This document shows positions 41,076 through 50,928 of a stretch of 64,000 bases of DNA, in pieces (position 1 is the first letter of the stretch; the number at the start of each line of letters is the position of its first letter). The translations under genes were made by a program, and so were the position numbers. Source of the stretch: Octopus vulgaris (Eukaryota). The stretch spans positions 72,726,001 to 72,790,000 of the forward strand of contig OX597817.1 of assembly GCA_951406725.2 (NCBI GenBank), written 5' to 3'. The notes below the pieces were generated by a model. That model made no database searches and was not told the DNA's origin. It saw only the letters and a list, made by a program, of their open reading frames with translations.

Positions 41076-44000
41076 AGATATGGCCAGTTTGAATGTAAAA
41101 CATGTAGAATATTTGACCAGCTATGGCCGGTTTAAATGCTAAAGGATTAAAGGCAGCAAGCTGGCAAAATCATTAGCATGCCAGACAAAATGCTTAGCAG
41201 CATTTCTTCCAATTTTATGTCCTGAGTTCTAGTTCTGCCACAGTTAACTTTGCCTTTCATCTATTCAGTGTCTGTAAAATAAGTATCAGTTGAGCACTCA
41301 GAATTTCAAACCTTGTGTCTATAGTAGAAAGGTTTATTCTGCCACAGCCAACTTTGTCTTTCATCCTTTTGAGGATCAGCAAAATAAGTGTGTGATGTAA
41401 TGGAGGATCAATAAAATAAGTATGAGATGTAATCAACTAATCCTGTTCCCACCACCACCAAATGCCTATAGAAAAAAGAAATTATCATTATTATTATTAT
41501 TAGCATTTTATTTTCAATGAGAACACAATTTGTTCATGCTACATGGCTGGAAATAATTTATATTAATTTTTTTATCAGGGTCTAATTGCATAAGAAACAA
41601 AGAGATTTTTTTTCTGTTATTAATGCTAAATTATGAACAAAACATTGCAAATGAAAGGTATCGACTGCCTCAAAACTTGCAGTAAAACTAAAACATATTG
41701 TTGAGATATTTGATGTATCAACGCCATTTTAACTGAATGTTGTCCTCTCAAGCTCAGGTAAAATTTTGGGTTTTTTTCTCTCTCTTCAGTAACTCTTGCA
41801 ATATAGAGTGCCTTCTGATACTTCACTTAACCTACATGTTAATAAAGTTGAAGAAATTGAAATGTAATAAAGATCAAGATAAAAACTATATAATTATCCA
41901 TAGATGTGTGTGCATGTGTGGTGTATTTTATATGCATGTGTTTGTGTGCATGTATAAATATATGTTGAGATAGTTTGACATCTCATTACCACTATTTCTA
42001 CCTTCTTTCCAGCTACTCTTGCCCGCTCTTATAAAATGCAGAGTAACCTTGTTTCATCTCTATAACAAGACACCTATTCTTATCCTTCTGTCATACTTTA
42101 GCCTCTCAACACCTGGGATAAAACTACTGGCCTACCCCAACTCTCAAATACTTGTCAAAGTAACTTTTATCCTTTTTCCCATTCTTTTTTTGGGGGCTTG
42201 CAAGTTATTTGGCAACCTTCCTAGTTTTAGTTGCACCAAAAAAAAAAGCATCTAGCACACACAGTAAAGTGGTTGTCATTAGGAAGGACATCCATCAGTA
42301 GAAAGCATACCAAGCTGATGCGGTCCTAGGACTCAACAACACCTATCAAATCTTCCAATTCATACCAGCATCGAAATTGAAATTTAATTATGATATATAT
42401 CATACTAAAATAAATGTGATTCATTAAAAATGGTCATGTTTCATTTTATTCAAGCTTTTCAAATAAATTCATTTGTAAAGTTCATAGAATAAAATATATT
42501 GCTATCTACGGTAAATCACATTTATTTTAATTTATTACATAATGAACTCTAACTCCATCTTAAGTCCTTTGAGAGTGGTTTTATGTTGATAACTATACTT
42601 TCAAATGTGTATATGAAAGAGAATGTAATGGCATAAACACTTGTGAATAGCATTATTTTATAGGACAGAAAATATAAGTGCCCAATACACCTTCATATTA
42701 GATTGTTGGTGATTAACCCTAGATAAGCCCTAAGCAAGCAGATGTATGATCAAATGTGTTCCAACCATAGCCATTGCTTTTTCTTGTTTGTTTTTCTAAG
42801 ATTACACTGTCCAGTATGACCATTTTATTAAGAAAGATTGTTCTATCAATAAGATTATAACTTGTATCAACTTCATCTTCAGAATACATTTTAATATATA
42901 TTTTGTGCTTTGATCACTTTGCATGTCAATTCTCATCAGATATCTTATTCTTGGATCTGTACAGAGTTCTTGCCTGGATTTAAACTAGAAACTTTTATTG
43001 GTAAATTATGAATTTTTTTGATAAGGACATTACTGACTTTAGTTTAGAAAGAAAGGTTCCTAGTGAAAATCCAGTCTTGAATTAGGTAACAAAAATACAC
43101 CTGATGCCAGAGATTTAAGTGATTGAAGCAACATTGATGTAAATAAACTCTGTAAATATGAAGGTTAATTGTCTGGAAAATTATAACTTTAATTGTATCC
43201 ATAGTGTGACATTAGTGATATTTTAAAAAATACGTCTGAAGATTTAGGTTTATTGCATTATTCTAGATATAGATTAATAAAAAAAACTGGCACTCTTTTA
43301 CAATGATGAGGTTAATTGTCTGGATGAGTATTCCAGTTGATCTGATCAATGGAACAGCTTGCTTGTAAAATTATTGTGCAAGTGGCTGAGCACTCCATAG
43401 ACGTGCATGCCCTTAACATAGTTCTCAGGTAGATTCAGCATGACAGAATGTGACAAGGCTGGCCCTTTGAACTACAGGTATGACTCATTTTTGCCAGCTG
43501 AGTGGACTGGAGCAACGTGAAATAAAGTGTCTTGCTAAAGGATATGACACACTAGCAGAAATCAATCTCACGACTCTATGATCAGAAGCCAAATATCCTA
43601 ACCACTATGCTACATGCAGATAAATAGACTGATAGAGCATTGATCTGACTGCTATTCTGAGGGTCAATGACCCTTAATTCTCCACTGACACTGCACAATG
43701 TACACAACATACTTAATCCATGACAGCCCATTCACTTTGTTAATAAGTGTTATGGAACAAACACAGCTCAATACTGCAATTAGCAAATAATAAATGTTAT
43801 GTCTGATAACAAGAACTCTCTACAAAGTAGTCTTCTTTTACAATTCTGAAGATGCTTGATCTTCAACATCTGCAAGGTTACTAAGACTAATTCTACTACT
43901 CAAAGGAGAATGAACTCTCATGGTTTATGATACTAACATTTCAAAACCATGTTGTCTTGATAGAAATCTTGATTAAACACTAAGTACAAACATACTTCTT

Positions 44001-44370
44001 TTTTTTAATCACTGCATCTGAACTCTCCCGCTGTGTATGTGTGTGTGTGTGTAAGCTGTACAGTTTGGCAAGTAAATTGATCTGAAATCATATTGACAGT
44101 GAAGCAGTTTGTAGCCTTTGTGGCCATTAAAACATACTAGTACTGTTATAGTAACTTTTGCTGAATCATTATTTTATAAAAACATATATCAGGTGCAGGT
44201 GTAGCTGTGTGGTTAAGAAGCATGCTTCCCAACCATGTGACCTTGGGTTCAGTTCCACTGTGTGACGCTTTGGGCAAATGTCTTCTACTATAGCCACAGG
44301 CAGGTTAAAGCCTTGTGAGTGGATTTGATTGACAAAAACTGAAAGAAGCCTGTTGTATATATATATATAT

Positions 44371-44925
44371 CATCATCGTTTAACGTCCGCTTTCCATGCT
44401 AGCATGGGTTGGACGATTTGACTGAGGGCTGGCGAACCAGATGGCTGCACCAGGCTTCAATCTTGATCTGGCAGAGTTTCTACAGCTGGATGCCCTTCAT
44501 AATGCCAACCACTCTGAGAGTGTAATGGGTGCTTTTACATGCCACCAGCATGGGGCCATTCAGGCAGTACTGGCAACGACCTCACTCGAATCTTTTACAC
44601 ATGCCACCGGCACAGGTGCCAGTAAGGCAATGCTGGTAACGGTCAAACTCAAATGGTGTGTTTTATGTGCCACTAGCACGGAGACCAGATAGCCACTCTG
44701 GCAATGATCACACTCGGATAGTGCTCTTAATACCCTACTAGCACGGGGCTTGAGTGCCAGTAAGGCACACTCGAATGGTGCCTTTTAAGTGCCACTGGCA
44801 CGGAAGCCGGTTATCTGCTCTGTCAATGATCACACTTGTATGGTGCTCTTCGCACCCCGCTAGCACGGATGCCAGTCATCGATTTTGATTTTGATTTCAC
44901 TTGCCTCAACAGGTCTTCACAAGCA
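44371..44925 (-). mobile_element. SINE family C, long copy nested in the (TA)n of a family A SINE
   Basis: (CAT)n tail, about six ~59-bp subrepeats, flanked by (TA)n. Confidence 0.8.
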
Positions 44926-44949
44926 AATATATATATATATATATATATA

Positions 44950-45835
44950 AACTTAGATATGTTTCGACCAAAGATTGGTCCAGGCCATGTCTAACTTAAT
45001 AGCACCACCTGATAGGATTATCTAAATCCTGTTTAAGTCAAGTTCTGTTTATGGTCCATTCAAGGAGTGAGTTGTATCCAGGTATGGGTGGCTTATCCGG
45101 TATTCCTTGAAGAAATCTGTCCAAACTCCGTTTAAAGATGATGGGATTCTTTTCCTCTTTGATCTCTTTCGGGACAATGTTAAATAGAGCAGGACCTGTT
45201 GAGGAAAAGAAATTATGTTGCAGTGTACCTATATGCTGTGATCCTGAATTGGGCAGGAGACGTATGGCTCGTGGTCCCAGCCTTTGATGAACCTTGAAAC
45301 TAATGTTCACGTCATTTGGGCAAAGTTGGCGGTATATTGTCCACATCGTACAAATGATGAACCGCTCGTGGCAGCGCTGGAGAGTGTAGAGTTTCAAGGC
45401 TTTAAGGCAGTCCCAATAATCGAGAGCAGTCATGCCTTCAATTCGTTTAGTGGGTGCCCTCTAGGGTGATTCAATCCTCGAGATGTTTTGTCTTGTATGG
45501 GGAGACCACAATGGGCAGCAGTATTCGAGGTGTGACCGTACAAAGGAGGAGAAAAGTGATATGGTGACACCTTGTTCTCTGGACCGGAAGGTTCTTAAGA
45601 TCCAGGAGCTCATCCTATGAGCTAGATCAACCTTATTTTTGAGGTGGGCACTCCAACTGAGATTGTCATCAACAATTACGCCTAGGTCTCTGATATTGTT
45701 AGAGGCTGTGAATGGTTCCCCTAAAGGAAGAGAGTATGGCTGTTTTAGTGTGAACTTTCTTCCAAAATGCATCAGCTCAAATATTCCCTCGTTTAGTTGC
45801 CTTTTGTTTTTGTCTGCCCATTGACTTAGCATATA
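44950..45835 (-). mobile_element. 5'-truncated CR1-group LINE (ORF2 C-terminus and 3' UTR)
   Basis: IRDLGVIVDDNLSWSAH, FVRSHLEYCCPLWSPH, LKALKLYTLQR and FKRSLDRFL. In-frame stop at ~45461. Confidence 0.88.
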
Positions 45836-46891
45836 GATCATTCATTCATACATACATACATACATACATACATACATACATACATACATACATGCACACA
45901 CACACACACACACACACATACATAGATACATACATACATACATACATATATGGTGGTTGTCTAGTCCTTATGTAGTGTCTGACCACCCCCTGTACCTACA
46001 CCTTAGCACCTTCATGGCGTCTGATGTGGCTTTTTAAACCAGACAATGTTTTGAAAAGATACACACATAGATTGCATATCCAATTTAGACCACTAAGTGC
46101 TGCAATTAAGTTCTGATCATTGTGGATCTTAAAATCTCATTTGAGGCCTTTGTTAGGTTTGCAGACCTTATGGCATACATGATACTGAAATGTGTGCACA
46201 GACATATAGGCAGAATAGTTGGTTGAGGTTCGTTTTCCATGAGTCTGCAAATGAGATTTGAGCCCAGCGAAAGAAAGGCATGATCTGTAACAAACTGTAC
46301 ACACATATCATCATCATCATCATTGTTTAACATCCACCTTCCCTGCTAGCATGTGTGGAAGGGTTTCACAAGAGCTGGCCAGGCAGAAGCCTGCCCAGAC
46401 TTCTGTGACTGTTTTGGCAGGATTTTTAGAGATGGATGCCCTTCCTAACACTGACCACTCAGAAGAGTGGACTATATATAATGAATTTATAATAAAGAAG
46501 AATAGCAATTTATATCCGGTGGTGGCTATATGGAGCAAGGCCAGATTGAAAACAGTTAAGTGTTTGGTGGAGTGGTTGGTATAGCAAAAGTCACTTTTTT
46601 GGAGGTGGATATTCACAGATGTTCAGAAAATCTGTCAATACATATATATATATAATAATACTATATTTGTTCCACGTCCTCGCATTGTTGTGTTTTCATG
46701 TTTGGATTAACTTTATATATATATAGAATGGTTGTATACTGTCAATCTAACAAGAACGTGACAGTAGGGGGTACACCACTGCTGTATAGCCCTAGGAAGC
46801 ATCGAACGCCTCCTGATAGCTTTGACACATTTTTTCCCTGTGTCCTTATATACATGTACGAAGGGGAGACAAACACCCCCGGCTGCCAGAA

Positions 46892-46949
46892 CTGCATCTA
46901 GGGACACCGTGTTTCAGGATCATTGCCCTTCATCGGCCTAGAGTAGCAG
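46892..46949 (-). ncRNA. Type I hammerhead ribozyme (CCGAUGA core variant), same strand as the ORFs
   Basis: Minus strand ctgctactctagg CCGATGA aggg-caatga-tcct GAA aca-cgg-tgt C cctagatgcag. Confidence 0.75.
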
Positions 46950-47240
46950 ACACCGGTCAGCTGGTGATATTATATCTTTATTATGGGCACGATGGCCCTA
47001 ATTCAGAGGGGACATTACAAGACGGGACGTGGGGTACATGAAGTAAAAATAAAATATGAAATAAAGATGAATTATATATAATGAGATGGAACGGCTTACG
47101 AACCCCCAACTCGCAGTTCCGTTTAAAATACAATTGTACATTTTACAATTACATATATTCCAGTTCAAAATACAATTTTACATTTTACAATTTTACAATT
47201 AACAATTTTACATTTTAACATTACATATATTCCAGTTCTT

Positions 47241-48602
47241 TTATATTGGACGTTCGTCCGTCATATATTCTATTAAGTCCATTTGGTCTATTACATTTGG
47301 TAAATTGTCATACCGTACATACTGCGTTATATAAATAGCATTAAATATCTTTTTCAATTTTGTGAATGTTTCTTTTTCTATAACTGCGCCTTTTACATCG
47401 TCACCATACAGTTTTGGGTTCAACTTCACCCTGACCAATCCTTTCCTACCTGCAAGTCTCTTTTCCACTTCTGTATCCTTGATATACATCACAAATGGTT
47501 TCAGGTTTTTCCCTGCAGGTCTTCTTCCCCTCTTACACGCCTCCAACTACTCTTTCACTCTTGTCTCCTATTCTTGGTCAAACTCTGTCCTTGTCTGCTC
47601 TCTCGCTTCTCTTTTACTTCCTTTTCTTTGCACGTTCTTTCTTCTTTTTCTTCTGTTATCTTGCTTTTGATTCTTTTCTTTTTAGAACTTTCGGTGGTGA
47701 TTCCACCCTTGTTCTCTTCCTATCTTCTGTTCTTTCCTCCTCTGCACTTGCTCGTTCTTCTTCCATATCCTCATTTAGCTGCTCCTCCGTTTGTGCCTCC
47801 ACTGCTTTCGCTTCCTCCTGCACTTCTCCCTCCTCCACACACGCATCTTTACACTCCTCTATTACAGCCTCCGGTGCCTTCGTTTTCTCCAGCGGGCACA
47901 CATCCTTCATGTGGCCCCTCAATTTACAATGATAGGAGACTGGGGGTCTTCCCTCTACCACGACTCTAAGCCGTGTCTCATCAGGGAAGACCAACTCCTC
48001 CGGGATGTTGTACAGGTCTCGCACGGTTATATGTGCCAGAACCTGCACCGCATATCCCCACCACTTTACCTCTGTTGACTTCTCCACCTTCAACACCTCC
48101 ACACTATCCTTGCAGTTGAAGACTACTGCCGCTAATAACCTCTCCATATTAAATTCGGGCGAAATTCTACTAATTCTTATCCTCACTGCCCTCCTTCCGC
48201 AGTAACTTGGTAGTAAAGTCCACCTTTCCGTTTTCAAAATTCTTGTTGCATTCTTTCTTGCTTCATTTTCAGTTTTAAAATATACCACCACTGTGGCATA
48301 TTTCCTTCCTCTTTGAAAAATGTGGGTTCACCCTCAATTTCCTTCAGACACTTTTCTACTTCTTCCGTTTCTGCTACTTCTATTTTTTTCGACGCCACAC
48401 ACCATGTCCTGTACGTTATCATTCGCTTCTCCGCGTTGTTTTCTTCTTCCTCGGACGGTGTGACTCTCACGCAGTCACCCTCCCTCTTCAAACTGTCGAA
48501 ATACTTTTCTAGAGTCTTCCTCTCAACCACCACTTCTTCCATTTCCAGTTCACTGGCAACCAGGCCTCTGCCTGCTGCTCTCGCATAAGTCTGGTCTTGC
48601 AT
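47241..48602 (-). pseudogene. Disrupted second copy of the CCHC zinc-knuckle ORF1-like gene
   Basis: Colinear with 49049-50404. 1-nt deletions near 48312 and ~47680, a TAG near 47548, and the first knuckle Cys changed to Ser (SYHC). Confidence 0.85.
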
Positions 48603-49048
48603 TTTCAAAAATCTCCAAAAAAAATTTTTTCACGTCCTCCAGCAACGAACTCGAACTCACAACCTCTTCACAATGACGCACTCGAAACAAACACACCAGA
48701 ATAATGACTCCAAAAAAAAAATAGGTCGGCTGGTGATATTATATCTTTATTATGGGCACGATGGCCCGAATGAAGACGGGACATTACAAGACGGGACGTG
48801 GGGTACATAAAGTAAAAATAAAATATGAAATAAAGATGAATTATATGTAATGAGATGGAACGGCTTACGAACCATCAACTCGCAGTTCCGTTTAAAATAC
48901 AATTTTACATTTTATACTTTTACAATTTACAATTTTACATTTTAACATTACATATATTCCAGTTCAAAATACAATTTTACATTTTAACATTACATATATT
49001 CCAGTTCAAAATACAATTTTACATTTTACAATTTACAATGTTACAATT

Positions 49049-50404
49049 TTAAAATCTCAGTTCTATTGGACGTTGGTCCGTAATGTACTTTGTCAACACC
49101 ATTTGATCCACCACATTTGGCAAATTCTCATAACATACGTAATACGTTGAATAAACCTGCTCAAACATACTTTTCAATTTACAAAATGTTCCTTTATCTA
49201 CAAGTACCCCTTTCATATCGTCATCATGGAGTTCTGGGTGTAATTTAACCCTAATTAATCCCTTCCTACCTGCAAGTCTTTTTTCCACTTCTGTGTCTTT
49301 CACATATAACATCAATACTTTCAGGTATTTTCCTTCAGGTCTTTTTCCTTTTTTACATGCATCCAACTGTTCTCTCACTTTTTTGCTCCATTCTAAGTGT
49401 ACCTCTGTCATTGTCTGTTCGTCCTTTTCTTTGCACCTTCTCTCTTTTTCTTCTGTTATCTTGCTTTTGGTTTTTTTCTTCTTTAGAACTTTCGGTGGTG
49501 ATTCCACCCTTGTTCTCTTCCTATCTCCTGTTCTTTCCTCCTCTGCACTTGCATGTTCTTCTTCCATATCCTCGTTTAGCTGCTCCTCCGTTTGTGCCTC
49601 CACTGCTTTTGTTTCTTCCTGCACTTCTCCCTCCTCCACACACGTATCTTTACTCTCCTTCGTTACCGCCTCCGGTGCTATGGTTTTCTTCAGCGGGCAC
49701 ACATCCTTCATGTGGCCTCTTAATTTACAATGATAGCAGACTGGGGGTCTTCCCTCTACCACGACTCTAAGCCGTGTCTCATCAGGGAAGACCAACTCCT
49801 CCGGGATGTTGTACAGGTCTCGCACGGTTATATGTGCCAGAACCTGCACCGCATATCCCCACCACTTAACCTCTGTTGACTTCTCCACCTTCAACACCTC
49901 CACACTTTCCTTGCAGTTAAAAACTACTGCCGCTAATAACCTCTCCATATTAAATTCGGGCGCAATTCTACCAATTCTTATCCTCACTGCCCTCCTTCCG
50001 CAGTAACTTGGTAGTAAAGTCCAACTTTCCGTTTTCAAAATTCTTGTTGCATTCTTTTTTGCTTCGTTCTCATTTTCAAAATGTACCACCACTGTGGCAT
50101 ATTTCCTTCCTCTGTTGAAAAATGTGGGTTCTCCCTCAATTCCTTTCAGGCATTCTTCTATTTCTTCTGTCTCTGCTACTTCTATTTTTTTCGACGCCAC
50201 ACACCATGTCCTGTACGTTATCATACGCTTCTCCGCGCTGCTTTCCTCTTCTTCGGACGGTGTGACTCTCACGCAGTCACCCTCCCTCTTCAAACTGTCG
50301 AAATACTTTTGTAAAGTCTTCTGTTCGACCACCACTTCCTCCATTTCCAGTTCACTGGCAACCAGGCCTCTGCCTGCTGCTCTCGCATAAGTCTGCTCTT
50401 GCAT
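49049..50404 (-). CDS. Intact 451-aa L1/Tx1-type ORF1-like nucleic-acid-binding protein with CCHC zinc knuckle
   Basis: ATG at 50404 (the ORF track starts two codons earlier at TTG). TYARAA N-terminal motif, IPEELVF...RVVVEGRPPVCYHCKLRGHMKDVC (CX2CX4HX4C), acidic/basic linker and an uncharacterised ~105-aa C-terminal domain. No RT or endonuclease ORF follows. Confidence 0.8.
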   Translation of the reverse strand: MQEQTYARAAGRGLVASELEMEEVVVEQKTLQKYFDSLKREGDCVRVTPSEEEESSAEKRMITYRTWCVASKKIEVAETEEIEECLKGIEGEPTFFNRGRKYATVVVHFENENEAKKNATRILKTESWTLLPSYCGRRAVRIRIGRIAPEFNMERLLAAVVFNCKESVEVLKVEKSTEVKWWGYAVQVLAHITVRDLYNIPEELVFPDETRLRVVVEGRPPVCYHCKLRGHMKDVCPLKKTIAPEAVTKESKDTCVEEGEVQEETKAVEAQTEEQLNEDMEEEHASAEEERTGDRKRTRVESPPKVLKKKKTKSKITEEKERRCKEKDEQTMTEVHLEWSKKVREQLDACKKGKRPEGKYLKVLMLYVKDTEVEKRLAGRKGLIRVKLHPELHDDDMKGVLVDKGTFCKLKSMFEQVYSTYYVCYENLPNVVDQMVLTKYITDQRPIELRF

Positions 50405-50870
50405 TTTCAAAAATCTCCAAAAAAAAAATTTTCCACGTCCTCCAGCAACGAACTCGAACTCACAACCTCTTCACAATGACGGACTCGAAACAAACACACC
50501 AGAATAACCAAAAAAAAAGGAGGCTGGTGATATTTGCCTCGACTTCGTAATTGTATATACCTATATTCAGTGAAGTTTATTCACTGATTATCAAAATAAG
50601 AAATATTGAATTTCTAAATCTCTCGTAGAGACATGTACGGTGGTGGGGCGATAGAATGGTTGTATACTGTCAATCTAACAAGAACGTGACAGTAGGGGGT
50701 ACACCACCGCTGTATAACCCTAGGAAGCATCGAACGCCTCCTGATAGCTTTGACACATTTTTTCCCTGTGTCCTTATATACATATACGAAGGGGAGACAA
50801 ACACCCCCTTCACTGAATATAGGTATATACAATTACGAAGTCGAGGCAAATATCACCGGCTGACCGGTGT

Positions 50871-50928
50871 CTGCTACTCTAGGCCGATGAAGGACAACGA
50901 TCCTGAAACACGGTGTCCCTAGATGCAG
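50871..50928 (+). ncRNA. Type I hammerhead ribozyme (CCGAUGA core variant)
   Basis: Stem I tctagg/cctaga extended by ctgc/gcag, stem II agga/tcct, stem III aca/tgt. Predicted cleavage after GUC at 50917. Confidence 0.78.

Larger units (their letters stand above)
35980..41500. mobile_element. Dense cluster of decayed SINE family B copies separated by (ATT)n
   Basis: The motif ctttgcctttcatcc...aaaataagtaccagtt recurs more than a dozen times, mostly on +, with inverted copies at ~36340-36520 and ~36915-37050. Confidence 0.8.

Noticed and set aside
41600-43990. Possible exons of a second host gene in non-repetitive stretches
   Set aside because: The frames I read have frequent stops, no recognisable protein and no consistent splice chain.
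44950-44997. Hammerhead-like hairpin followed by GAAAC on the minus strand
   Set aside because: No CUGANGA core; more likely the CR1 3' UTR stem-loop.
47362-50390. Plus-strand Ser/Phe/Leu-rich ORFs
   Set aside because: Antisense shadows of the Glu/Lys-rich minus-strand ORFs.
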